Notes under the pieces: generated by a model
What the model was told of the DNA's origin: nothing
Database searches by the model: none
What the model saw: only the letters and a program-made list of their open reading frames with translations
Made by a program: the position numbers and the translations under genes
Source: Heterodontus francisci
Lineage: Eukaryota
Reading direction: 5' to 3'
DNA: 64,000 bases
Assembly: GCF_036365525.1 (NCBI RefSeq)
Contig: NC_090412.1
Span: 23,578,459-23,642,458 of the forward strand
Part shown: positions 51,460 to 62,345 of the stretch, in pieces
Position numbering within the stretch: the stretch's first letter is position 1
How the letters are laid out: each line of letters starts with the position of its first letter

Positions 51460-51642
51460 CTGCACCAAGACTCGTTTGCACAGACCAGCCTTCACCAGGG
51501 ACTTGGCCACCCAGCGAGCTGCATATGCTGCCGATCGATCAACCTTTGTGTAGTCCTTGCCTGAAAAGGCGCCGCCACCATGAGCTCCCCATCCCCCATA
51601 CGTGTCCACAATGATCTTCCGCCCAGTGACTCCCGCATCACC
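51460..51642 (-). CDS. MAT1A: MAT1A exon 7
   Basis: gtttag|GGT...CAG|gtgagg; [61 protein letters not shown] (GGGAFSGKD signature); 183 bp. Confidence 0.96.
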
Positions 51643-51724
51643 CTAAACAATCCAAACACAAGACACACGATGATTCCTCCAACATCACAAGGAGAGGCTA
51701 CGTAGGTAACTGAGGGGCAACCTG

Positions 51725-52045
51725 AGACAGGCCTTTAAGATTATGAAAGGGTTTGATAAACATACAAAAGGTGTTTCCACTTGTCAAGGTGACCAAAACT
51801 AGGGGTCCTAAATATAAGATAGTTGCTAATAAATCCAATAGAAAATTTAGGAGAAACTTCTTTACCCAGAGAATGTTGATGTGACTAGTATAGATGCATT
51901 TAAGCGAGAAGCTAGGCAACACATGAGGGGAGAAAAGAATTTAAGGATATGCTGACAGAGTCAGATGAAATAGGGTGGGAGGAGATTGTGTGGAGCATAA
52001 AAACCAGCATAGACCGGTTGGTCCAAATGGTCTGGTTCTGTGTAA
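51725..52045 (+). mobile_element. CR1 3' fragment
   Basis: AGGAGAAACTTCTTTACCCAGAGA and CR1-type 3' end. Confidence 0.65.
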
Positions 52046-52494
52046 TACTTAGATTTTCACTGAGTTTTGATGAGATTGAGGTCCATTTTAGGGTTGAGTC
52101 TGTGGCTCCCGGTGAGAAGGCGCGCTCGAATGAACTGCTCGCTGGTTGGGAATAGAGCTGCAACACCTCAGTTCCGACTCTCCAACTCACATGTCCTGTC
52201 AACATGACTTGCTGTTGGCAGCACATGCCCTATTCCTCACATAGCCCTTGTGGTGGTTACAATAATGGTATTATCGCAGCTGCACATGAAGCTTATTGGA
52301 AAGGTCTACAGTTGTAACGAGTTGGACTCTACCCATATAATCATGCAGCACCGAAGGAGGCCATTCGGCCCATCATGTCTTTGGAAGACTTTTCCAATTA
52401 GTCCCACACCCCTACTCTTTCCCATTGCCCGGCAAATATTTCCCTTTCAAGTATATTTCCAATTTCCTTTAAAACATTACAATTACAATTGTAA

Positions 52495-52996
52495 TTGCGT
52501 TGGAGGCGGTTTAATAGATTGATACCTGGAATGAGCAGGTTGTCTTATGACGAAAGGTTGGACAGACTGGGCTAGTTTTCACTGGAGTTTTGAAGAGTAA
52601 GTGAAGACTTGATTGAAGTTGATAAGATCCTGAACGGGCTTGACAAGGTGGATGTGGAAAGGATGTTTCCTCTTGTGGGGGAGTCCAGAACTAAGGGGCA
52701 CTGTTTTAAAATTAGGGGTCGCCCTTTTAGGACAGAGATGAGGAGAAATGTTTTCTCTTAGAGGGTTGTGCGACTTTGGAACTCTCTGCCTCAGATGATG
52801 GTCGAGGCAGGAACATTGAATATTTTTAAGGCGGAGGTAGATAGATTCTTGTTAGGCAAGGGAATCAAAGGTTATCGGGGGTAGATGGGAGTGTGGAATT
52901 CGAAACACAAACAGATCAGCCATGATCTATTTGAATGGCAGAGCAGGCTCGAGGGGCCAAATGGCCTACTTTGACTCCCAATTCATATGTTCGTAT
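52495..52996 (+). mobile_element. CR1 3' fragment
   Basis: TCTTATGA.GAAAGGTTGGACAG...GAGATGAGGAGAAA...GAGCAGGCTCGAGGGGCC.AATGGCCTACT. Confidence 0.85.
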
Positions 52997-53226
52997 AAAC
53001 CTGCTTCCACCATCCTTTCAGGCACCGCATTCCAGATCATAACAACTCACTGCATTAAAAAAATTCCTTTTATCTCCCCCTTGGTTCTTTGCCAATGATC
53101 TTAAATCTGTGTCTGGTTACCGACCTTACTTCCAGTAGAAAGTTTATCCCCATCTACTCTGTCAAAACCCTTGATGATCGTGAACACCTTTATTAAATGG
53201 CCCCAAGCTATGTTCTTTCGACTAAC

Positions 53227-53445
53227 CTGAGGTCCTCCAATCACGAATCGTCCACTGGGCTGGAGGTGATACACAGTTTGGTCGTCCAAGTACTTGCTGG
53301 GCACCACAGCATTGATAACCTTCTCCTTTAGGGCAGTGCGCATTTCGTCCAGTGATATATCTTCGTCGTGCTGCACAGAGATGACGATGGTGTGTACACG
53401 AGTAGGGACCACCACCCCGTTCTCCTGGCTGTACTGTACCGTCAC
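53227..53445 (-). CDS. MAT1A: MAT1A exon 6
   Basis: ctgcag|GTG...CAG|gttagt; [10 protein letters not shown]...[11 protein letters not shown]...[15 protein letters not shown]; 219 bp. Confidence 0.95.
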
Positions 53446-53624
53446 CTGCAGAGAGAGCACACCAACTGGGTCAGATCTGTGCCCATCACAGTGACAGAGG
53501 CCAGGGACACCTTCGCTCACAAAACTCCACCAGCGTCCCACCTGAAACACTGCCAAGCCTCTCTGTAGCCTGTTAGATATCAGCGTTGAGGGATTGCGCA
53601 TAGACCGCTTAAAATGTCACGCAC

Positions 53625-53768
53625 CTGGGTCTTAGAGTCAGGTCTGACCCAGGGGAGTGTCTGGTTGCGCCGGAGCTCAGCCATCTTGGCGTTGAGTCGG
53701 TGCGCGAGGATTATTGTCAGTGGCATGCATTCCTCCGTCTCATCTGTAGCGTAGCCGAACATCAGGCC
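53625..53768 (-). CDS. MAT1A: MAT1A exon 5
   Basis: tttcag|GGC...CAG|gtgcgt; [48 protein letters not shown]; 144 bp. Confidence 0.95.
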
Positions 53769-54379
53769 CTGAAAAAGGGACACAAACGGGTTTAGAAAAT
53801 GAAGGGGTTGATTTTCCTTTTCCCATCCAGACTGGGTTCGGGCAGAGCTTCCCTCCATCACTCTGACCCCCACCCTGACTTTCAAAATTGAGTTCAATAG
53901 ATCTTTGGGTAAGGGCATCATGGGATATCGAGGCACAGATATGATGGGCTGAATGGCCTCCTTCTGTGGTGTATCATGATGCTGTGATACAATGCCTAGT
54001 CGGTAAATGGAGTTCAGATCCCGGATCAGCATCATATCATTGAATGGTGACATAGGCTTGAGGTGTTGTGGTATAAGGGCCTATCTAAAACTGTTCTCCA
54101 TCACCAGCCAGGATGTAATGTATATACTCGTGTGATCATCAGGCAGAAGATAGAAGTAGTCCTAGAGACCAGATGTGTTAAATAGCCTTCCAGATGTTGT
54201 ATATAGTTTCATTTCTTCAAATAAAAGAACCCACTTCATTGAGTTCCCAAACATCTTCGTGTGGTTGGTCTGTTTGTGTAAAGTAGAAAACACAACATGA
54301 AGAGTTCAATTGCCTCCTCCTGTTCCTACGTTTGGACGACCCCAGCCCAGTTTGCTGGTTCAGAGGTCACTAGCTATTA

Positions 54380-54932
54380 CATAGAATTTACATTCATCCC
54401 ATCAGCCCTATGCCAGTGTTCATGCTTCACACAAGCCTCATCCCTGTCTACTTCATTTCATCCTGTCAACGTATACTTCTACTTCTTTCTCCCTCGTGTG
54501 TTTGTTTAGCTTGCCCTTAAATATATCTACGTTATTTACCTCAGCTACTCCGTGTGGTTACGAGTTCCAAAGTCTCACCACTTGCTGGGCAAAGATGTTT
54601 CTCCTGTATTATCTATTGGATTAATTTGCCAATGTCTTATATTTATCGTCCCTAGTTCTGGCCTCCCCCACAAGTGGAATTATTTTCAGTACATCTGCCT
54701 TATGATTTTAAAGACCTCAATCAGGTCACCCTTCAGCCTTTTCTTTTCCAGGTAAAGAGCCCCCAGCCCCAATTCCATCCTTCCTAATAAGTGTCACCTC
54801 TCATTTTACGTATCATTCTAGCGAATATTTTTTTGCACGGTCTCCAATTCCTCTATTTCCTTTTTATAATATGGAGATCAGAAAGGTTCACAGAATTCCA
54901 GGTGTGCACTAACCAAGGTTCAATACAGGTTT
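54380..54932 (-). mobile_element. CR1 3' fragment (degraded)
   Basis: ATCAGGTCACCCTTCAGCCTT is the reverse of the RLRGDLI-coding segment. Confidence 0.65.
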
Positions 54933-55258
54933 TATAAAAGTAAAATACTGCAGGCGCTGGACAGCTGAAATAAAAACAGAAAGTGCTGGCAATGCTCAGC
55001 AGGTGAGGTCATCGACCTAAAACGTTAACTCTGTTTCTCACTCCACAGATGCTGCCTGAGCGTCTGAGTGTTTCCTTGGGTTACAGGGACAGTGTGTGCA
55101 CTGAGTGTCAGAGCCCCTGTCCTGCAGAGATCTGGCACTGTCCAATGCAGTGATTGCCATCTGTTCTCCTTCAACATTGGAACATTCTCCAGTTGTGTTC
55201 CTGCTCTGTTCCCTCAGTCAATGACACGCAAAGGTCTTTACCAGTCCCTGCCACACTT

Positions 55259-55963
55259 TGGGGGAATTTTATGTTGGCAGCGGGGATCTTGACGTTGGGG
55301 GAAACTGACATCGAGATCCCTGCATCGCCTCTTTTAGCGGAGGCGGTGGCTGCTGCTGGAACTGCGCCTACCAGAGGTCTTAGTTTAGTTTAGAGATACA
55401 GCACTGAAACAGGCCCTTCGGCCCACCGAGTCTGTGCCGACCATCAACCACCCATTTATACTAATCCTCCACTGCGCCACTGTGCTGTCGAGGAGCATTG
55501 TTGGAGCTAGGCCTCAGGTAGGGCAGGGCATTGGAAACAAGGGTGGGATGGGGTGGGGAGGTGCTGTGGAGCTGTTTCTCGATGCCTGGTCCCTTGTTCA
55601 GGCACTACGTGCCTTTGAAGGAGGGACCCCACCACCAACCCTCGGAGCTGGGAAGCAGTCCATACAGTTTTCCATGTCGTGCTTCCTGTGCAGCGACAGA
55701 ACCGCCTGCTGCACGGATAATTGTGGCTGCGGTGGGAAGAGGCCCTTAACGGGGTTAATTACCCAGTTAAGGGCCTCAATTGCCCACGGGACATGTAGGC
55801 CATTCACAGGTCTTCCTGTCCCGGACTAAATTTTGGCAGAACTGGGATGGTGGCAGCAGCAGCAGCAACCCCCCATCCACCCCCATCCCCGCCACCATCC
55901 CACTCGATTTTATGCTCTTCCTGCCTCCAAACCCACCATGGGGGAGAGCATAAAATTCACCCC
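55259..55963. mobile_element. MITE-like non-autonomous DNA element
   Basis: Terminal inverted repeats GGGGGAATTTTATG ... CATAAAATTCACCCC; contains an internally deleted V-SINE at ~55380-55487. Confidence 0.55.
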
Positions 55964-56214
55964 TTTGTCATTCAACTGGATGGATTGAACCTGGCCAAGG
56001 AGCCAGGCTAACAGTGGCCTATGTGGTGGGCTGTGAATGGGTGATCACTGTCTTAGGTCATTGGCAGACAATGGGGTGGGGGGGGGGTGCAAAGTGGAAA
56101 GTGGGTTTGTCCAACCTCACTGATGGACACTGGGGGAGGGGATTATGGTCATGTCTAGGTTCCTTTCAGAATATTGGATCAATCGGTGTCTGAGCTCCAG
56201 GGACAACTGCTAGA

Positions 56215-57400
56215 TGGTCTGGAGCCATGTCCGAGGTGTCTCATGGATTGGGTCCGGAACTGTGGCCGAGGTCTCTCATGGATTGGGTCCGGAACTGTGT
56301 CCGAGATCTCTCATGGATTGGGTCTGGAACTGTGTCCGAGATCTCTCATGGATTGGGTCCGGAGCTGTGTCCGAGATCTCATGGATTGGGTCCGGAGCTG
56401 TGTCCGAGGTCTCTCATGGATTGGGTCCGGAACTGTGTCCGAGGTCTCTCATGGATTGGGTCCGGAACTGTGTCCGAGGTCTCTCAAGGATTGGGTCTGG
56501 AACTGTGTCCGAGGTCTCTTATGGATTGGGTCCGGAGCTGTGTCCGAGGTCTCTCATGGATTGGGTCTGGAACTGTGTCCAAGGTCTTCCGTGGATTGGG
56601 TCCGGAGCTGTGTCCGAGGTCTCTCATGGATTGGGTCTGGAACTGTGTCCGAGGTTTCTCATGGATTGGGTCCGGAGCTGTGTCCGAGATCTCATGGATT
56701 GGGTCTGGAGCTGTGTCCGAGGTCTTCCGTGGATTGGGTCCGGAGCTGTGTCCGAGGTCTCTCATGGATTGGGTCCGGAGCTGTGTCCGAGGTCTCTCAT
56801 GGATTGGGTCTGGAGCTGTGTCCGAGGTTTCTCATGGATTGGGTCCGGAGCTGTGTCCGAGGTCTCTCATGGATTGGGTCTGGAACTGTGTCCGAGGTTT
56901 CTCATGGATTGGGTCTGGAACTGTGTCCGAGGTTTCTCATAGATTGGGTCTGGAGCTGTGTCCGAGGTCTCTCATGGATTGGGTCCGGAGCTGTGTCCGA
57001 GGTCTCTCATGGATTGGGTCCGGAACTGTGTCCGAGGTCTCTCATGGATTGGGTCCGGAACTGTGTCCGAGGTCTCTCATGGATTGGGTCCGGAGCTGTG
57101 TCCGAGGTCTCTCATGGATTGGGTCCGGAGCTGTGTCCGAGGTCTCTCATGGATTGGGTCCGGAGCTGTGTCCGAGGTCTCTCATGGATTGGGTCCGGAG
57201 CTGTGTCCGAGGTCTCTCATGGATTGGGTCCGGAGCTGTGTCCGAGGTCTCTCATGGATTGGGTCTGGAGCTGTGTCCGAGGTCTCTCATGGATTGGGTC
57301 CGGAGCTGTGTCCGAGATCTCATGGATTGGGTCTGGAATTGTGTCCGAGGTCTCTCATGGATTGGGTCCGGAGCTGTGTCCGAGGTCTCTCATGGAGCTG
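56215..57400. repeat. 35-bp minisatellite (~33 copies) in MAT1A intron 4
   Basis: Unit GGATTGGGTCCGGAGCTGTGTCCGAGGTCTCTCAT; some 33-34 bp variants; highly homogeneous. Confidence 0.97.
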
Positions 57401-58009
57401 TGACTTTGCAACTTGTTTTCATACTTTGTTTTTGGATTTTTAATCTGATTAGCCCAAATTTCCTTCCTGGCAGAAAGAAAATGCAACAAAGTAATCCTGA
57501 GCCACTATTAAAAATATTCCCTTCACGAGGCCTCCTCAGCCCACCGTTGTAGCATGAGATCTGACACTGGAGCTGCACATTATTTCTTGGAATCACACCC
57601 TTGACAGATGCAATAGTTAATCCTGCCCCATGGCTGCTAATAACCCGGGAGACAGCACTGAGACAGCCAAGTTCACAGAGCACAGAACTGCTCAGAACAT
57701 AACATGTTATCAACACTCAGGGTCCTGTTTCTACTGAAATGCAGGGCCTTGGACATAGCTCCACATACAATCCATGAAAGGACTCGGGTCAGCGTCCAAA
57801 CTATTTAGAAGCCGTCCAATATCTTCAGACTGACTGATAGCAATGGGCCTCTTTGTAGCTTATTGAACTGGGGGCTAACGTGGGCTCAGATTGTGTGCCC
57901 CAGATATTCTTTGGGCTGCTTTACATTACGTTGTACAATAGAACATGGAGAGACAGGTGTGAATGGCACTGTCACTATTAATGTGCAAACAGATGACAAA
58001 AGCTCAACT

Positions 58010-58235
58010 TGGAAACAAAAACAGAAAGTGCTGGAAACACAGCAGGTCTGGGAGCATCGATGGAGAGAAAAACAGAGTTAACGTTCCAGCTCGATGACTT
58101 TTCATCGTGAAAGGTCATGACCTGAAACATTAACTCTGCTTCTGTCTCCACAGATGCTGCCAGACCTGCTGAGTATTTCCAGCACTTTCTGTTTTTGTTT
58201 CAGATTTCCAGCATCTGCAGTACTTTGTTTTTGTC
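58010..58235. mobile_element. Inverted pair of Penelope-like terminal repeats (palindrome)
   Basis: AAAACAGAAAGTGCTGGAAA...CAGCAGGTCTG...GAGTTAACG on the left mirrors TTAACTCTG...CAGACCTGCTG...TTTCCAGCACTTTCTGTTTT on the right. Confidence 0.7.
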
Positions 58236-58279
58236 CACTATTTTGAAAACTGTGCACAAACTCTGGAATTAGAAAGAAA

Positions 58280-58575
58280 AGCATGTATTTATAATCATAT
58301 GTGTAGTCACTGTTGTAATGTTGGAAAAACGCAAGCCAATTTTCACACAGCAAGATCCCACAAACAGCAATGTGATAACGATCAGATCATTTGTTTCTGG
58401 TAATGTTGCTTGAGGGATACATATTGGCCAGGATACTGGGGAAAACACCCCTGCTTATCTTCGAATGCGATCATGGGATTTTTTTTTACATCCACCTGGA
58501 GGGCGGACAGGGTCTCGATTTGTAGTGATATCAGAAAGAAGGCATCTCCTACAATGCAGCATTCCCTCAGTACTT
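58280..58575 (-). mobile_element. DeuSINE
   Basis: GTGTAGTCACTGTTGTAATG...CAGCAAGATCCCACAAACAGCAATGTG...CTCAGTACT. Confidence 0.75.
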
Positions 58576-59211
58576 CTCCAAAGGCCAGTCTGAGCCACTC
58601 CCAAAGTACCCACTGTCCCCAACCTGAGCCAGTTAATGCTAGCCTATAGCAGGATCAACAAGACTGGCTCGACCAGCTTTTCTTCAACCCCATGAATTTC
58701 CGCCCTCCCAATGCTACCTTGATTTTACTCTGGAGCTGACAAACTCACCCAACGATGACCATGAAACTGGGTAGCCAAGGTAAGGCAGGGACACACACTT
58801 GGATTTGGATCCCAGTGCTTTGTCACTACAACAGCGGGGATACAAGGCTAAAAAAAAACGGAACTTGATTTTGCTTGGGATGAAAGGTGGTGAGAGAGGG
58901 GGAGCTTTGTACTTTGATCTCTAAACAATGGACCTTCCAGGGATTTGTTAATTCTGATCAGTACTTGATCATGTCACAAGCTCTGTGCTTTGAAGACAAG
59001 GAATTGAGATGGATAGTGTACTGGTACATTGTGTTCCAATAATGAGCAACACTATGTTCCCACAGTCATTGATTCTTCATGACGGCCAGTATTTTGTAAA
59101 GGCCAGCAACACCATACTCTGTGCTGGGTGCCTCAGAATGCCCACTGGATTGTGATGGTCAGTGGTCTCAGTAATGTAGTGGCCACTGAGTGGCAAAGGC
59201 CATTAGCACAC

Positions 59212-59324
59212 CTGGTCTCCAGCGCCAACATCTTCTTCGTCTCTGTCTAGATGAACCCCCTGTGCGATGTCTGGCGACTGTTGCTCCAAAGCAACCAGTA
59301 CGTTGCAGGTCTTGTAGTCAAAGC
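59212..59324 (-). CDS. MAT1A: MAT1A exon 4
   Basis: tatag|GC...CAG|gtgtgc; (G)[37 protein letters not shown], containing the GAGDQ SAM-synthase signature; 113 bp. Confidence 0.95.
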
Positions 59325-60561
59325 CTATACATGGCAAAGCACGGTCAGAGCCCAGCTCTATCAACATATCAACATACATCATCAACACAAGAGGAGACTA
59401 CAGACAGCACAGAATTTTGAAAATTAAAACAGGGTCTTTCCTCTTCTCTTTGCTTTCCCACTCACCGGTCCAGCAACTAGAACTGTGCCTGGTGACCAGT
59501 CTTCCAGCACACTACAGCAATGGAAACCTCACCGATGATTAAATTGCTAATGTCTCGTTGAAAATTATTTTATCTACACAAATCTTTAGAACGTTTATCA
59601 ACTGGAAATGGAAACGAGTGAATAAGACTTTAACAAGTTCTTGAGAAATTCCAAGATGTTAACCTGTTGAAAGGGAGTAAGCTCACACCTCCCTCACAAG
59701 CAGACAGAATAACAAACACATTTGTATATTCGCGTGACATAGCTCAATTTCTCGGGTTATATAGCATTGATAGTTAATCCAGGGAGATATTTGGAGTCAC
59801 ATACCATATGTACCCCTGTATCAATGAGTGAAGGAAGTGCTATCATGTGGGGAGTGAGCAGGCTGGTACTAGTATAGGTTAGTGAGGGCAGTGATGCGAT
59901 TGGGGTGAGAATTTCTGCTGGTATCAGTGAACGAGGGCCGTGCTGGGAGTAGTTGGTGTTCTGCTGGTGTTGGTGGGTGAGTTTAACAGTTGCAGATCTT
60001 GGGTGAATGGAAACTGAACTACCCCTTGATTTGTACTGGGATCATGTCACTGAGCAACACTGACTAGGAGCTTTGTGCTGACTTACTACATCTCAACTGA
60101 AATGTTACATTTGGTCACAGCAGCACTGGCAGAGGTTAATACCCCCTGAGCACCATCAATACCCTCGCTGGAAGTGTACCTGTATAGAATCGGCACCAGC
60201 TCAGGACTGGGGTTGGCTGTGATACTTGGCAAGGTTGAATATCACGGTCTAGACTCGCATGTGAAGAATGATGCCTTGGATGAGATACTGAAGGGTTGGG
60301 TTCCTGCTGCCCAGGGAACTACCCCCAGCTCGAGTCTGTATCGACAGGAGAGGAGCCCAGCAAACTGAAGATACATTGAGATAGCTTTCATTGTGTTTAA
60401 TCATTGAATAGATATAGTGTAGAATTATTTTAAGAAATACCTCACATTGAGTCATGAGAATTGAAACAGAGAGACTTTTAACAATGGTTCATTCCCTGTG
60501 CTATACAAGGTATCGGTCTCTTAATTGAAATAAAGTTGGCGCTGAGTGAACTTTCACTGAC

Positions 60562-60684
60562 CTTTAGCAGAATCATCATATCCGATGTACTGTATCGTGT
60601 CCCTCACCACCTTTTGGTAATCAACAACTCCACAAGAAGTGATCTCCCCACATAACAGTACCATCCCGGTCTTGCAGACAGTCT
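60562..60684 (-). CDS. MAT1A: MAT1A exon 3
   Basis: cccgcag|AG...AAAG|gtcagt; encodes (E)[40 protein letters not shown](G); 123 bp; not shown in this frame in the ORF track. Confidence 0.93.
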
Positions 60685-61020
60685 CTGCGGGAAACAGGAG
60701 GGAAATGGCAATGAGCTCAGAGGCCGATCTCTTAGATTAGGAGACATTTTGCTTTGTTGATTATCACGAGGAGAAGTGTCAGCATTGGGGGGGGGTGAAG
60801 CAATTTCTATCTCGAGCACCTGGTACAGCCAGGTCAGGTACAGCATGGTTAGATACAGAGTGAAATTCCTACAGGCCGACAATATGCTTCAAAGCCTCTT
60901 GCTAGTTGACCCATCCCGCCAGCATCAGAGAACACTCTTTACTCTGGCCTGTCGGAGAGAGATGACCAGGTTTATGTTGGATCACGTGTTGTTTTGCACT
61001 CGGTTCTCAAGGAATGGGCT

Positions 61021-61307
61021 GAGTTTAGTTTAGTTTAGTGATACAGCACTGAAACAGGCCCTTCGGCCCACCGAGTCTGTGCCGACCATCAAACACCCAT
61101 TTATACTAATCCTACACTAATTCCATATTCCTACCACATCCCCACCTGTCCCTATATATTTCCCTACCACCTACCTACACTAGGGGCAATTTATAATGGC
61201 CAATTTACCTATCAACCTGCAAGTCTTTGGCATGTGGGAGGAAACCGGAGCACCCAGAGGAAACCCACACAGACACAGGGAGAACTTGCAAACTCCACAC
61301 AGGCAGT
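61021..61307 (-). mobile_element. HE1-like V-SINE, 5'-truncated
   Basis: (GTTTA)n tail plus GATACAGCACTGAAACAGGCCCTTCGGCCC. Confidence 0.85.
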
Positions 61308-61719
61308 TATTGTAGAAACCTCCGAGTTGGCAGAGGGAGGGTATCTGCATCCTACACTTCAAAAGTATTTCATTGGCTCTAAAGCACTTTGGGACATCCT
61401 GAAGTTGTGAAAAGGTGTCACATAAATGCAGGTTTTTTTCCCCTGTCTTTGCGGGTTGGGTTCAAACTTAAGTCACAACAGAAAGGACAATGTGCCACCC
61501 TGGTGCGGTGCCCAGCACCCACTGAATCTTGGTTGGATACAGAATGGCACAACGTTTAAAAAGAGGGAGTTCTTTCCTATTTGAACATCCATATTCCATT
61601 GTACAGTAGAGTGATTTATCAAAAATAAATGAATAAGCTCAGTTTTTAAAGTTTAAAACTGCTCAGAGTGCCACTTGGCCTATTCCATAACAACTTAAGA
61701 GTAAGTCATATGGTCCCTT

Positions 61720-62345
61720 GCTCTGACATTCAGTAAGATCATGGCTGATCTTCCACCTCAACTCCAATTTCCTGCCCGATCTGCATATCCCTTGATTCCC
61801 TTAGTATTCTAAAATCTAATGGATCTCAGTCTTGAATATACTCAATGACTGAGCATCTACAGCTCTCCCATGTAGAGAAGTCCAAAGATTCACAACTCTC
61901 TGAATGAAGAAATGTCTCCTCAACTCAGTCCTAAATGGTCACTCCCTTATACGAACATCCGAATTAGCAGCAGAAGTGGACCACTCGACCCCTCGAGCCT
62001 GCTTTGCCATTCAATAAGTTCATGGCTGAACTGATTACTCCACATTTCCACATGCCCCTGATAACCTTCCACCCTCTTGCTTATCAAGAATCTATCCTGG
62101 ACCTCCATAAATTTGCCCAGGCATGCGCCATGGAGAGGTCACTCCACTGACCACCTCCAGGCGCGTATCCATTGTCTCTCGAGATAAGGAGGCCCAAAAG
62201 AAAGAGAAGAAAGAAAGAACCTCTCATTCTTCTAAACTCTAGCGATTATAGGTCCATTTTACTCAATCTCTCCTTATGGGATAGCCCTCTCATCCTAGGA
62301 ATCAATCTAGTGAACCTTTGTTTCACCCCCTCCAAGGCAACTAAA
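61720..62345 (-). mobile_element. Nested CR1 3' fragments with an RTE-tailed insert
   Basis: CR1 reverse tails near 61720 and 61955; RTE-type tail at ~62147-62218 (+). Confidence 0.65.

Larger units (their letters stand above)
46573..60684 (-). other. MAT1A: S-adenosylmethionine synthase gene span (exons 3-9; 5' part outside window)
   Basis: Seven GT-AG exons with consistent phases. Sizes 123/113/144/219/183/134/103 match the vertebrate MAT1A/MAT2A layout as I recall it. MAT1A-type motifs: [52 protein letters not shown]. Confidence 0.9.

Noticed and set aside
53101-54053. ORFs of 166 and 157 aa as separate genes
   Set aside because: They are MAT1A exons 6 and 5 with intronic read-through at both ends.
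56174-57552. Long ORFs (409, 242, 441 aa) or a CRISPR-like array
   Set aside because: These are translations of a stop-free 35-bp tandem unit. There are no unique spacers or cas genes, and the context is a eukaryotic intron.
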